From the NCBI GenBank assembly GCA_035460965.1, contig DATHWB010000222.1, forward strand, positions 1 through 53,456: a stretch of DNA of 53,456 nucleotides, written 5' to 3'. Below the pieces are notes generated by a model, which was not told the origin of the DNA, did not search any database, and saw nothing but the letters and a program-made list of their open reading frames with translations. Of this stretch, positions 31,164-40,394 are shown piece by piece. The stretch's first letter is position 1. Each line of letters opens with the position of its first letter. The translations under genes and the position numbers were made by a program. The stretch is from Acidimicrobiia bacterium (lineage in GTDB: Bacteria; Actinomycetota; Acidimicrobiia; Spongiisociales; ZC4RG35).

Positions 31164-32372
31164 TCAGCCGAGATTTCGCCGCCGCTCTTCGAGCAGGGCG
31201 CGGTCGTGATCGTTCATCGCCAGTCCCAACGCGTTGTCGAGCGCCAGGCGGGCACCCTCCAGATCGCCCGCCAGTTCGAGGAGGTGTGCCCTGGTCGCCC
31301 ACGACAGATGCCAGCCGTCCTCCTCGACCTCGGCCAGCAAGGCCAAGGCGTGCTCGGGACCGAACACCTTCGCCTCCGCCACCGCCCGGTTCACACGGGT
31401 CACGCTTCCTGGCTGCATTCGCTCCAGGATCCGGTAGAGATCGACGATCTGTGCCCAGTCGGTGGCGGAATCGGACGGGGCGAGGCCATGCAGGGTGGCG
31501 ATGGCCGCTTGTACCTGCAGCGGTCCCGGACGCTTCAGTCGGAGGGTGTGTTCGACGATCGCCGCTGCTTCCGCGATGGCATCGTGATCCCACCGAGTCC
31601 GATCCTGATCGGCCATCAGGACGGTGTGGCCGTCGGGATCGAGCCTGGCCGCGCTTCGCGCCCGGGTGGCGAGCATCAACGCCAACAGCCCGGACACCTC
31701 GGGCTCGTCGGGCATCAGCTCGACCAACAGCCGACCGAGCCTGATGGCCTCGTCGGCCAGGTCGAGGCGCGAGTCCATCGGACCGGCGGGGGCATGGTGC
31801 CCGGTCGTGAAGACCACGTACAGGGTTCCGAGCACCGCAGGCAGCCGCTCGGCCAGTTCGTGATCATCCGGGATCCGATACGGGATTCGTGCGGTGGCGA
31901 TCTTCCGCTTCGCGCGGCTGATCCGCTGTCCCATCGTCGGCTCGGGTACGAGAAAGGCACGCGCGATCTCCGTGGTCGTGAGTCCGGCCACGGTGCGCAG
32001 TGCCAGCGCCACCCTCGCCTCGGGGGAGAGCGCCGGATGACAGCATGTGAAGATGAGCCGTAGCCGATCGTCCCGACCGTCGGGAGGCTCGAGCGGTCCG
32101 TCGAGTAGTCCTCGCATGGCCTCCGCCTCCTTCGTGCTTCGCGACCGTTCCCTGCGCAGCCGGTCGAGCGCCCGGTTGCGGGCGGTCGTGGTCAGCCAGG
32201 CGGCAGGGTTGTCGGGCACCCCGACGACGGGCCACGACTCGATCGCGGCCAGCGCTGCTTCCTGCACGGCGTCTTCCGCCATGCCGATGTCGCGGGTCAG
32301 CCGCGCCAGGGTGGCGAGCACCCTGCCGCCTTCGCGCCGGATGGTGTCGTCGAGGCGCCGGCCGACGTCCAC
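31164..32372 (-). CDS. ECF sigma factor with a long C-terminal TPR-like extension (ECF42-type architecture)
   Basis: Sigma regions 2 and 4 (DAVQEAALAA...AWLTTTARNRALDRLRRE; ...LTTTEIARAFLVPEPTMGQRISRAKRKI) followed by a helical extension of about 220 aa. Lies adjacent to a YCII gene. Confidence 0.85.
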   Translation of the reverse strand: MDVGRRLDDTIRREGGRVLATLARLTRDIGMAEDAVQEAALAAIESWPVVGVPDNPAAWLTTTARNRALDRLRRERSRSTKEAEAMRGLLDGPLEPPDGRDDRLRLIFTCCHPALSPEARVALALRTVAGLTTTEIARAFLVPEPTMGQRISRAKRKIATARIPYRIPDDHELAERLPAVLGTLYVVFTTGHHAPAGPMDSRLDLADEAIRLGRLLVELMPDEPEVSGLLALMLATRARSAARLDPDGHTVLMADQDRTRWDHDAIAEAAAIVEHTLRLKRPGPLQVQAAIATLHGLAPSDSATDWAQIVDLYRILERMQPGSVTRVNRAVAEAKVFGPEHALALLAEVEEDGWHLSWATRAHLLELAGDLEGARLALDNALGLAMNDHDRALLEERRRNLG

Positions 32373-32380
32373 CTACGGGA

Positions 32381-32752
32381 TCATTGCTGCTGCGAGAAGT
32401 CGATCACCGGGCGGACTTCCACCTTGCCATGCCAGGCACCGGGAATCTTCGCCGCCCACGCCACCGCTTCGTCGAGGTCGGTGCAGCGGAGCAGGTAGAA
32501 GCCGCCGAGCACCTCCTTCGTCTCGGCGAACGGACCGTCCGTGGTGATCACCCTGCCGCCCTTTCCTCCTTCGACGTGCACGGTGGTGGCCGTGTGGGTG
32601 TCCTCCAACGCCTCGCCGCCGGCGAGGACCCCGGCGGCGCCCGCCTCGGCCCCGAAGGCGTTGTAGTCCTCCATGACGCTCGCCCAGTCCTCGGGGGTTC
32701 CCTGGCCCTCCAACTCGGCGGGGGTGTAGATCAGTGCTGCGTACGTGGGCAT
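32381..32752 (-). CDS. YCII-related (DGPF-type) protein
   Basis: ATG 32752 follows GAAAGGAGAGG. MPTYAALIY...TDGPFAETKEVLGGFYLL...DLDEAVAWAAKIP. Confidence 0.85.
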   Translation of the reverse strand: MPTYAALIYTPAELEGQGTPEDWASVMEDYNAFGAEAGAAGVLAGGEALEDTHTATTVHVEGGKGGRVITTDGPFAETKEVLGGFYLLRCTDLDEAVAWAAKIPGAWHGKVEVRPVIDFSQQQ

Positions 32753-32786
32753 CGCCTCTCCTTTCCGTGTCGATGCGCAACCTGAC

Positions 32787-32813
32787 GACGATGTCGACCG
32801 CCGAATTTCGACA
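32787..32813 (-). promoter_or_regulatory. Candidate ECF-type promoter TGTCGA-N17-CGTC upstream of the YCII-sigma pair
   Basis: The minus strand reads TGTCGA (32813-32808), a 17-nt spacer, then CGTC (32790-32787), about 35 nt upstream of the YCII ATG. It matches my recollection of the ECF42 target motif. Confidence 0.4.
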
Positions 32814-32819
32814 GGTCTG

Positions 32820-34316
32820 TCACACCCAACCGAGCGTACGCTCCACCGCCTGGCGCCAGCGGGCGACACGCGAGTCCCGGGTGGCGGCGTCCATCGACGG
32901 CTCCCACCGTCGGTCCTCGCCCCAGAGCTCCCGGAGTTCCTCGAGGGACTCCCAGACTCCGACGGCCAACCCGGCGGCATAGGCGGCGCCCAGTGCGGTC
33001 GTCTCCACCACCGTCGGACGTATCACGGGAACGCCCAGCACATCGGCCTGGAACTGCATGAGCAGCTCGTTCGCCACCATGCCCCCGTCCACCCGCAGTT
33101 CGGTCAGATCGACCCCGGAGTCGGCGTTCATCGCATCGAGGATCTCGCGGGTCTGGAACGCCGTCGCTTCGAGCGCGGCCCTGGCGATGTGGCCGCGATT
33201 GGCGTAGCGGGTCAACCCGACGATCACACCACGGGCGTCCGATCGCCAGTGCGGGGCGAACAGACCGGAGAAGGCCGGGACGAAGTACACGTCGCCGTTG
33301 TCCTCCACGCTCCCGGCCAGATCTTCCACGTCGGCTGCCTGCTCGATGAGTCCCAGGTTGTCGCGCAGCCACTGGACGAGGGCTCCCGTCACGGCGATCG
33401 AACCCTCCAGCGCGTACACGGCCGGCTCCTCTCCTATCCGGTATCCGACCGTGGTGATGAGCCCGTTCGAAGAGCGAACCGGCTGCAGGCCGGTGTTCAA
33501 GAGCATGAAGTTGCCGGTGCCGTAGGTGTTCTTGGCGCTTCCGACCTCGAAACAGGTCTGTCCGAACATCGCCGCCTGTTGGTCGCCGAGGACACCACCG
33601 ATCGCCACGCCGTCGAGCGGTCCCGTGCCCCGGCCCATCACGCCGACGGACGGCAGGATGTCGGGCAACATCGGCCGCGGCACTCCGAATGCGTCGAGCA
33701 AACCGTCGTCCCATTCCAGGGTGTCCAGGTCCATCAGCATCGTGCGTGAGGCATTCGTGACGTCGGTGGCGTGGACCGTGCCTCCAGTGAGGTGCCACAG
33801 CAACCAGGAATCGACCGTACCGAACGCCAGGCCGCCACCGAGGGACCGCTCCTCCAGACTCGGGTCCGCGTCCAGCAGCCATCTCACCTTGGGTGCCGAG
33901 AAGTAGGTCGCCAGGGGCAGCCCGGTTCGATACCGAAAGCGATCGGGTCCCTCGGTGTCTCCCAGGCCGTGGACGAGATCGGCGGTGCGAGTGTCCTGCC
34001 AGACGATGGCGTTGGCAACGGCCCGTCCGGACTCGCGCTCCCACACCACAGTCGTCTCTCGCTGGTTGGTGATCCCCACCGCCGCCAGCTCGCCGCCGGT
34101 GACACCGGCGTCCTCCAGTGCCCGCCCGATCACCGACCACGTCCGCGCCACGATCTCGGCAGGGTCGTGCTCCACCCAGCCGGGCCGGGGAAGGATCTGT
34201 TCGTGCTCCTCCTGGGCGGCTGACACGACCCGGCCGGCGCGGTCGAAGATGATGAACCGGGTACTTGTCGTACCCTGATCCAACGACCCCACCAGAGCAG
34301 CCGGCTCCGACGTCAT
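32820..34316 (-). CDS. glpK: Glycerol kinase
   Basis: [14 protein letters not shown]...GWVEHDP...[10 protein letters not shown]...[10 protein letters not shown]... 498 aa. Confidence 0.95.
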   Translation of the reverse strand: MTSEPAALVGSLDQGTTSTRFIIFDRAGRVVSAAQEEHEQILPRPGWVEHDPAEIVARTWSVIGRALEDAGVTGGELAAVGITNQRETTVVWERESGRAVANAIVWQDTRTADLVHGLGDTEGPDRFRYRTGLPLATYFSAPKVRWLLDADPSLEERSLGGGLAFGTVDSWLLWHLTGGTVHATDVTNASRTMLMDLDTLEWDDGLLDAFGVPRPMLPDILPSVGVMGRGTGPLDGVAIGGVLGDQQAAMFGQTCFEVGSAKNTYGTGNFMLLNTGLQPVRSSNGLITTVGYRIGEEPAVYALEGSIAVTGALVQWLRDNLGLIEQAADVEDLAGSVEDNGDVYFVPAFSGLFAPHWRSDARGVIVGLTRYANRGHIARAALEATAFQTREILDAMNADSGVDLTELRVDGGMVANELLMQFQADVLGVPVIRPTVVETTALGAAYAAGLAVGVWESLEELRELWGEDRRWEPSMDAATRDSRVARWRQAVERTLGWV

Positions 34317-34330
34317 GCCGGCAACCTAGC

Positions 34331-34918
34331 TCAGGTGTCGCGGGAAACCGCCGGTCGGTGGGCAGCCATCTCCTGGGCCCGGACCGGGTCGCTCAACCAC
34401 CGTTCGACGACATCCGCCGCGTCCGCCACCAGGAGGTCGGCTTCGATGCGTTCCCGCGACCCGAAGCGGCGCAGCACGTAGTCGGCCGGATCCTGACGAC
34501 CGGGTGGGCGTCCGACGCCGACCTTGAGACGGCTGAACTGGGGAGTGTCCAGTGAGCGCTCGAGCGAGCGAATGCCGTTGTGACCCCCCGATCCTCCCCC
34601 GGTCTGCAGCCGCAGGCGGCCGAAGTCGAGATCGATGTCGTCGTGCACCACCAGGAGATCGGCCAGGTCCGCCTTCAAGGCCCGCAGGGTGGCGGACACG
34701 GGTCCACCGGACTCGTTCATGAAGGACAGCGGGGCGGCGAGCACCACCCTCTCGTCGCCGACACGGACCTCGGCGAGCGCCGAACGGGTGCGCATCGTCT
34801 TCGACTTGAAGCGGCCGCCGTGGCGGCGGGCCAATTCCTCCAAGACCTCGAATCCGATGTTGTGGCGGGTCCCCTCGTAATCGGACCCCGGATTGCGGAG
34901 TCCGACGACGACCTTCAC
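34331..34918 (-). CDS. pth: Peptidyl-tRNA hydrolase
   Basis: VVGLRNPGSDYEGTRHNIGF...VVHDDIDL...GGHNGIRS. Confidence 0.95.
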   Translation of the reverse strand: MKVVVGLRNPGSDYEGTRHNIGFEVLEELARRHGGRFKSKTMRTRSALAEVRVGDERVVLAAPLSFMNESGGPVSATLRALKADLADLLVVHDDIDLDFGRLRLQTGGGSGGHNGIRSLERSLDTPQFSRLKVGVGRPPGRQDPADYVLRRFGSRERIEADLLVADAADVVERWLSDPVRAQEMAAHRPAVSRDT

Positions 34919-34920
34919 GC

Positions 34921-35610
34921 CTATTCGCCGCCCTCGTCGCCGCCGGAGTCCTCCGAACCCTCGGGCGCTTCGCCTTCGTCGGCCTCGCCGTCGACCTCGG
35001 CACCCTCCTCGCCCTCTTCGAGCTCTTCGGTCTCCTCCTCGATCTCGAGGGCAGGGACCGTGATGGAGACGACCGTGTACTCCGGATCCTCGGTGTACAC
35101 CACGCCTTCGATCTCGGGGAGGTCACCGATGCGCAGGGCGTCCCCGACCTCGAGTTCGGAGATGTCGAGTTCGACGTAGGACGGGATGTTCGTGACGAGG
35201 GCCTCGATCTGGACAACGGTGCGGGCGGTGGACAGCACGCCACCGGCCTCGATTCCGACTGCGTCCCCGACCAGGTGGACCGGGATCTCCGCGGCCACGC
35301 GATCGGTGAGCGAGACCGTCACGAAGTCGACGTGACGGATCTCACGCCGGAAGGGATGGGTCTCCACCACCCGGGGCAGAGTGAGGATCGTTTCGCCCCC
35401 CTCGACATCCAGGCTGATGAGGGCGTTGGTGCCGGCCTCGGTCGTGAGAGCTGCCCGCAGCTCCCGATGGTCGACGGCGATCGACAGCGGCTCGGCATGC
35501 TTGCCGTACACCACGGCCGGAACCTGCCCGGCACGCCGCAGTCGGCGGGAGGCGCGACTCCCGGTGGTGCGGCCGGTCTCGGCGCGCAAAGTGATCTGTT
35601 CGGACGACAT
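34921..35610 (-). CDS. rplY: 50S ribosomal protein L25 (Ctc form) with an acidic C-terminal tail
   Basis: ATG 35610 follows GGAG. LRRAGQVPAVVYG...HPFRREIRHVDF...; Glu/Gly-rich tail. Confidence 0.9.
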   Translation of the reverse strand: MSSEQITLRAETGRTTGSRASRRLRRAGQVPAVVYGKHAEPLSIAVDHRELRAALTTEAGTNALISLDVEGGETILTLPRVVETHPFRREIRHVDFVTVSLTDRVAAEIPVHLVGDAVGIEAGGVLSTARTVVQIEALVTNIPSYVELDISELEVGDALRIGDLPEIEGVVYTEDPEYTVVSITVPALEIEEETEELEEGEEGAEVDGEADEGEAPEGSEDSGGDEGGE

Positions 35611-35700
35611 CAGCGAAGCTCCTGCGATGCGGCGGGAAAGAGGACGCTTCATTCTCGCGGGCGCGGCGTCACCGGGCAAACCCGTCGCCGCCACCGGGGC

Positions 35701-36333
35701 TCAGTTCACGACGTCCGAATCCCACCAATCGACGGTGTGGGCGGCGAGGAACTCGAAGACTCCCGGCTCCTTCCAGGCCGCCCCCCGGAACGAGTGGTCC
35801 GCCCCGGGCATCTCGACGACCGTGGAACCGGCCAGAGTGCGCAGGTGGCGGTCGACGAGGTCGCCGCGTGCCAACGCGTCGCGTGATCCCTGGAAGAACA
35901 GCAGGGGGACACCGACTCTCGGCAGGTGCTCGACGCGGAGCCGGTCCGGTTTCCCCGCCGGATGGAGTGGATACGCGTAGGCCACCACGCCCGCCGCCGC
36001 GTACCCCTCGGCGACGAGCATCGTCGCCATCCGCCCACCCATCGATCGCCCGCCCAACACCAAGGGTCGCCCGAAGAGTTCCTTCACGCGATCCGCCACC
36101 GACCGATGACATTCCATCAGCACGGGTGCGCGATCAGGCCGCCGGCGGCCCGCCTCGGTGTAGGGGTAATTGAACGTGACGACACGGACGCCCCTGGCCG
36201 CCAGCGCGTCTCTGATCCCCACGATCATCCGGTGGTGCTGGTCCGTACCCGCACCGTGAGCGAGGAGCATCGTCCGGTCGCCTCCGCCGGAAATCGTGGC
36301 GGACACCGAACCGACCGGGGTCTCGACGATCAC
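35701..36333 (-). CDS. Alpha/beta-fold hydrolase (COG3571-like, about 210 aa)
   Basis: LLAHGAGTDQHH...FNYPY...LVLGGRSMGGR (nucleophile elbow)...GADHSF. The start is ambiguous: GTG 36333 or ATG 36396. The latter would overlap the divergent pgl start. Confidence 0.7.
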   Translation of the reverse strand: MIVETPVGSVSATISGGGDRTMLLAHGAGTDQHHRMIVGIRDALAARGVRVVTFNYPYTEAGRRRPDRAPVLMECHRSVADRVKELFGRPLVLGGRSMGGRMATMLVAEGYAAAGVVAYAYPLHPAGKPDRLRVEHLPRVGVPLLFFQGSRDALARGDLVDRHLRTLAGSTVVEMPGADHSFRGAAWKEPGVFEFLAAHTVDWWDSDVVN

Positions 36334-36378
36334 CGCCGGGAGGGTACCGGCGGCGCCGACGGGTACCCTCCGCCGCGC

Positions 36379-37065
36379 ATGGAAGTCTCCGTCCATCCCG
36401 ACCGTGCCGCGCTGGCCGGTGCCGTCGCCGACACCATCGCCGCCCTGGCATCCAACGGCCCGATCAGCGTCGGGCTGGCGGGCGGGTCGACGCCGACCGA
36501 CACCTACGAAGCCCTGCACGACCGCCGGATCGACTGGGAGAGCGTCACCCTCTGGCTGTCGGACGAGCGCTGGGTGCCCCACGACCACCCCGACTCCAAC
36601 GGTGCGATGGCGCTCCGTCATCTCCCCGAGGGGGCCGCCGCCCGGTTGCTTCGACCGCCGTATTCGACCCATCTGCATGCGGAGGACTCCGCCGTGCACT
36701 ACGAGGCCCGACTCCGCCTCGTCCATGACGGCCGGCCACCGGACCTCGTGCTGCTCGGCATGGGTGCGGACGGGCACACCGCCTCGCTCTTTCCGGGTTC
36801 GCCGGCACTCGATGCCGGCCCGTCGCGCTGGTACGTGGCGCACCAGGTCCCGTCTCTGGATGCGTGGCGGCTGACGGCCACGCCGTCGTTGCTGCAAACG
36901 GTCAGTCGGATACTGGTCCTCGTGTCCGGCGAGGACAAGGCGACCACGCTGGCCGAGGCGCTCGAGGGCCCCGATGGACTCCACCCCATCCAGCTGCTCC
37001 GCAGGGCCACCGGCGCGGTCACCGTCCATTGCGACCGGGCGGCAGCCGCGGCGCTGTCGCGTTAG
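36379..37065 (+). CDS. pgl: 6-phosphogluconolactonase
   Basis: GLAGGSTP...WLSDERWVP..DSN...LLGMGADGHTASLFPG. The listed ORF 35926-37065 was trimmed to ATG 36379. Confidence 0.85.
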   Translation: MEVSVHPDRAALAGAVADTIAALASNGPISVGLAGGSTPTDTYEALHDRRIDWESVTLWLSDERWVPHDHPDSNGAMALRHLPEGAAARLLRPPYSTHLHAEDSAVHYEARLRLVHDGRPPDLVLLGMGADGHTASLFPGSPALDAGPSRWYVAHQVPSLDAWRLTATPSLLQTVSRILVLVSGEDKATTLAEALEGPDGLHPIQLLRRATGAVTVHCDRAAAAALSR

Positions 37066-37091
37066 CCCGGACCGTTCCGTAGCCTGACGGA

Positions 37092-38060
37092 ATGCCGCGC
37101 TCGCGCCTGCTGCTCGCTGCCCTCGTCACCGTTGCCGCCTGCTCCTCCGCCGCCACCGGAGCGGAGCCCGGCGAAATGACCACGCCCCCATCGACCACGA
37201 CCCCCTCGACCACGGCCGCTACTGCACCGAGTCCACCCCCCACCGCCGAGACGACCACCACCACAAGCGTGGCCACGTCCCCGACGACGCTGCCCCAGCC
37301 GGTGGAGGAGTTGTTGTACGAACACTGGAGGGGCTCGTTCCGGTACGGCGCCGACCTCCGCATCGACGTGCACGCCCCCGCCGAACGGTCCGTCCGTCCG
37401 ATCGCGGTGCTCGTCCACGGTGGAGGCTGGTTCGGCGGCAGGCTCGACTCCATGGGATATCTCGCAGACGGACTGGCCGAACGCGGATTCGTCGTGTTCA
37501 ACGCCACCTATCGCACGATCGCCCAGGGTGGAGCGTTCCCGGGCACCGTCGAGGACGTGGCGTGCGCCGTGGCGTACGCCCGCGCCCACGCCCTCGACTA
37601 CTCGACGAGCGCCGACCACGTGACGTTGATCGGCCACTCGGCAGGCGCACACCTGTCGGCCCTGGTGGCACTCGCCCCCGGCGTCTTCGGCACGGCATGC
37701 GAGGGTGGGACGGAGCCGTTGGATGCATGGGTGGGACTGGCCGGGCCCTACGACACCGACACCTACGCATTTCTGCTCCCCCGGTTCTTCGGCAGCACCC
37801 TCACCGCCGATCCGGACACGTGGCGATCGGGAAACCCCTTCACATACGTCGAGGCCTCCGGCGCCGGGCCGCAGCTGCTCTTGGTTCACGGTGACGCCGA
37901 CGAGTTGGTGCCGCTGACCATGTCCGAGAACTTCTTCCTCGCACTCGATCGGGCGGGGGCGGCGGTCAGCCTGCGCGTCGTCCCGGGGGCAGGACACGGC
38001 GAAGTGAACAGCCCGCGCATCGTGGGCGACCTGATAGCCGACTTCGTCGCCGGTCAGTAG
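37092..38060 (+). CDS. Secreted alpha/beta hydrolase lipoprotein (esterase/lipase-like)
   Basis: Lipobox LVTVAAC, then a Thr/Pro-rich linker. VLVHGGGW (oxyanion HGGG), GHSAGA (nucleophile), HGDADELV and GAGHG. Confidence 0.8.
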   Translation: MPRSRLLLAALVTVAACSSAATGAEPGEMTTPPSTTTPSTTAATAPSPPPTAETTTTTSVATSPTTLPQPVEELLYEHWRGSFRYGADLRIDVHAPAERSVRPIAVLVHGGGWFGGRLDSMGYLADGLAERGFVVFNATYRTIAQGGAFPGTVEDVACAVAYARAHALDYSTSADHVTLIGHSAGAHLSALVALAPGVFGTACEGGTEPLDAWVGLAGPYDTDTYAFLLPRFFGSTLTADPDTWRSGNPFTYVEASGAGPQLLLVHGDADELVPLTMSENFFLALDRAGAAVSLRVVPGAGHGEVNSPRIVGDLIADFVAGQ

Positions 38061-38950
38061 CCGGCGAACGAACGAACCGGGGCGCGGGGCCCGAACGCCG
38101 GGTATCTGCCGGCCGCCTCGAGGAGTCGGACCACCCTGCCGCGATGAGGCCGGAACGGCTCGAGCAGTTCCACCATCTCCTCGTCCGTGCCGCGAGGACG
38201 CCCCGTGAGGTGCCACACCACGAGATGACGGAGGTGGTAGTCGCCCACGCTGAGGGCGTCGGCGTCGCCATGCGACACGGCGAGGGTCTCGGCCACGGTC
38301 CACACACCGACCCCGGGCAGTGACCGCAGCCACCGGGCAGCCCGGTCCGAAGGGGCATCCGACAGCCGTTCCATCCGGGCGGCCTCCCTGGCCAGTACCC
38401 GCACCGTCTCCGCTCGCCTGCGTTCGATACCGAGTTCGTGGAGGTCGTGGTAGCGAGCCGCCGCCAGCTGCGCGGGTTCCGGCGGGAGCAGCAGTCCCTC
38501 GAACGGTCCCGGCGCCGGGTCCGAGAACCGGCGCATCAGGCCGCGCAGGCCGGATGCCGCCTCCTTACCCGTCACCTTCTGCGACACCACCGCCGCCAGA
38601 GCGGCTTCGAACACCAGGCCGGTTCGGCAGAACCGCCGTCCCTGCTGACGTCGATGCAGCTCCCGCACCAGCGGGTGATCGGTGGTGAACGCGGCCGGGT
38701 CGTCGTCGAGTCCTGCCCATGCCGCCGCCCGGTCGATGATCCATGCTGCACCCGGGCCCCACGCCTCGGCGTGCACCACAGCGGGGCGACGGTGGAGGAG
38801 GAGCGTCGCCGGACCGTCGGGGGTCCTCATCGGCCGCAACCACCCGGAGTCCGTCCACCGACCCCAGACCGATGTCGCCGGCTGCAGGGTGGCACGGAGA
38901 TCGAGCGGTGCGCCGAGCGGGATGTCGATGGAGATGGAGTCCTGCTGCAA
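38054..38950 (-). CDS. DNA-3-methyladenine glycosylase II-like base-excision enzyme (HhH-GPD)
   Basis: LRSLPGVGVWTVAETLAVSHGDADALSVGDYHL (helix-hairpin-helix plus catalytic Asp region). TTG start taken from the ORF track. Confidence 0.78.
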   Translation of the reverse strand: MQQDSISIDIPLGAPLDLRATLQPATSVWGRWTDSGWLRPMRTPDGPATLLLHRRPAVVHAEAWGPGAAWIIDRAAAWAGLDDDPAAFTTDHPLVRELHRRQQGRRFCRTGLVFEAALAAVVSQKVTGKEAASGLRGLMRRFSDPAPGPFEGLLLPPEPAQLAAARYHDLHELGIERRRAETVRVLAREAARMERLSDAPSDRAARWLRSLPGVGVWTVAETLAVSHGDADALSVGDYHLRHLVVWHLTGRPRGTDEEMVELLEPFRPHRGRVVRLLEAAGRYPAFGPRAPVRSFAGY

Positions 38951-38977
38951 GTCGCCAAACCTACCGGGTCTCCGCGA

Positions 38978-39022
38978 GGGCGACGGTCCGGTGAGAGGAT
39001 GGAGGACCGTGGACCGTCGCCC
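38978..39022 (-). terminator. Hairpin 13 nt downstream of the MFS gene
   Basis: GGGCGACGGTCC-N21-GGACCGTCGCCC (12-bp perfect arms). Confidence 0.45.
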
Positions 39023-39034
39023 GGCGGAGAGTCT

Positions 39035-40333
39035 TCAGGCGGCCGCGTCGACCGCCTCCAGGGCGTCGGGGATGTCCCTTTCGATGTTGCGGATCGAGGG
39101 GGTTAGCCACGCAGCCAGAGCGATCACCATCACGGCCACCCCGACGCAGGAGATCAGGAGGGCACTGCCCCGCCCGACACCCGTCCCCCACACCCGACCC
39201 AGCGACCCGGCGAGCGGACCGCCCGGGACCAACAGCGGTTCGAAAACCCGGTCGGCGACCGGGCCGGCCGAAACGAACGCGACGGGCGTGGCGATCGAGG
39301 CGATCATCCGGCGGGTCGAGAACACTCTCCCCTGGAGGGCAGGGGCCACCTTGGAATGCCACAACGTCTGGCTGGTACCGCCCACGATGGGGACGACCAG
39401 CATCAGGAGCATGCTGCCGCCGACCGCCACCACCGGATCGGGTCGCAGCCCGGCTGCAACCAGCCCGACGCCCCCCACCGCCATCAGGATCAGCATCCCC
39501 CTGATCCTCCGCTTGGGTCCGCCCCAGGCGCTCATCACGAGCGAGCCGACCACGAGGGCGCCACCGATGGCACTCATCGTCAGCCCCAGCCCGCCTTCGT
39601 CCATGAAGGCGAGAAACACCGGAACCCACAACACGTTGGCGAAGGTGAGCACGAAGTTGAGACCAGCCGCGATGAACAGGAACCCCAACAGCCCGCGACG
39701 GTCGAGGAGATAGTCCAGCCCTTCCCGGAAGTCCTGCCAGACCGATGCGCGTTGCTCCTCGACACCCCGCACGTCGGGGAACCGGACGACGAGGAGCGCA
39801 ACCGCCGCCACTCCGAACGTGATGAAGTCGACCGCCAGCACCGCCCCCAGCCCGACGGTCAGCAGCAGTCCGCCGGCGATGGCGGGGGCGATCAGCGTCC
39901 CGACGGCCGGAGCGAGTTCGCTCAGCCCGTTGGCGCGACCGAGGTGTTCTCTCGGCACGAGGGTGGGGATCGCCGCCCGATAGGCCGGCTCCTGGAAGGC
40001 GGAGGCGGCGGAAGACACGGCGACCACCGCCAGGATCTGCCAGTAGACGAGCGAATCGGAGAAGTAGAGCATCGCCAGCGTCAGGGAGCCGAGCCCGGCG
40101 ACGCTGTCGGCCGCCAGCATCATCACCCGCCGGTTGATGCGGTCGATCATCACCCCGGCGGTGGGGGCGAGCAGGATGCCGGGAAGGTTCACCGCCAGCA
40201 GCATCACCCCCAGCCGGGTGACCGAACGACTCTCCTGGTACACCCAGATGGTCATGGCGAACCCGGTCATGGCCGTCCCGACCTGTGACACGAGTTGGCC
40301 GACCCACACAGTCCAGAACGTCCGCATCGACAT
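39035..40333 (-). CDS. MFS transporter (about 12 TM segments, drug/siderophore-exporter-like)
   Basis: 432 aa and hydrophobic throughout. Has an MFS-like motif (DRINRRVMM) after TM2. ATG follows GGAAGGGG. Confidence 0.88.
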   Translation of the reverse strand: MSMRTFWTVWVGQLVSQVGTAMTGFAMTIWVYQESRSVTRLGVMLLAVNLPGILLAPTAGVMIDRINRRVMMLAADSVAGLGSLTLAMLYFSDSLVYWQILAVVAVSSAASAFQEPAYRAAIPTLVPREHLGRANGLSELAPAVGTLIAPAIAGGLLLTVGLGAVLAVDFITFGVAAVALLVVRFPDVRGVEEQRASVWQDFREGLDYLLDRRGLLGFLFIAAGLNFVLTFANVLWVPVFLAFMDEGGLGLTMSAIGGALVVGSLVMSAWGGPKRRIRGMLILMAVGGVGLVAAGLRPDPVVAVGGSMLLMLVVPIVGGTSQTLWHSKVAPALQGRVFSTRRMIASIATPVAFVSAGPVADRVFEPLLVPGGPLAGSLGRVWGTGVGRGSALLISCVGVAVMVIALAAWLTPSIRNIERDIPDALEAVDAAA

Positions 40334-40348
40334 CAGGTGACCCCTTCC

Positions 40349-40377
40349 GATGTCACGATGATGTCAGAGTGATGTCA
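40349..40377. promoter_or_regulatory. Three perfect GATGTCA heptamers with exact 11-bp phasing upstream of the MFS gene; candidate response-regulator or operator site
   Basis: Heptamers at 40349-55, 40360-66 and 40371-77. Further TGTCA copies at 40381 and 40393. On the minus strand, TTGACA (40386-40381) sits 17 nt upstream of CATCAT. Confidence 0.45.
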
Positions 40378-40394
40378 GAGTGTCAAGGGTACTG

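Noticed and set aside
34921-35050. Glu/Gly-rich low-complexity 3' region of the L25 gene, and the Thr/Pro-rich tracts at about 3090-3180 and 37180-37290
   Set aside because: Acidic tails on Ctc-type L25 and Thr/Pro linkers after lipoboxes are common actinobacterial features. They are not independent elements.
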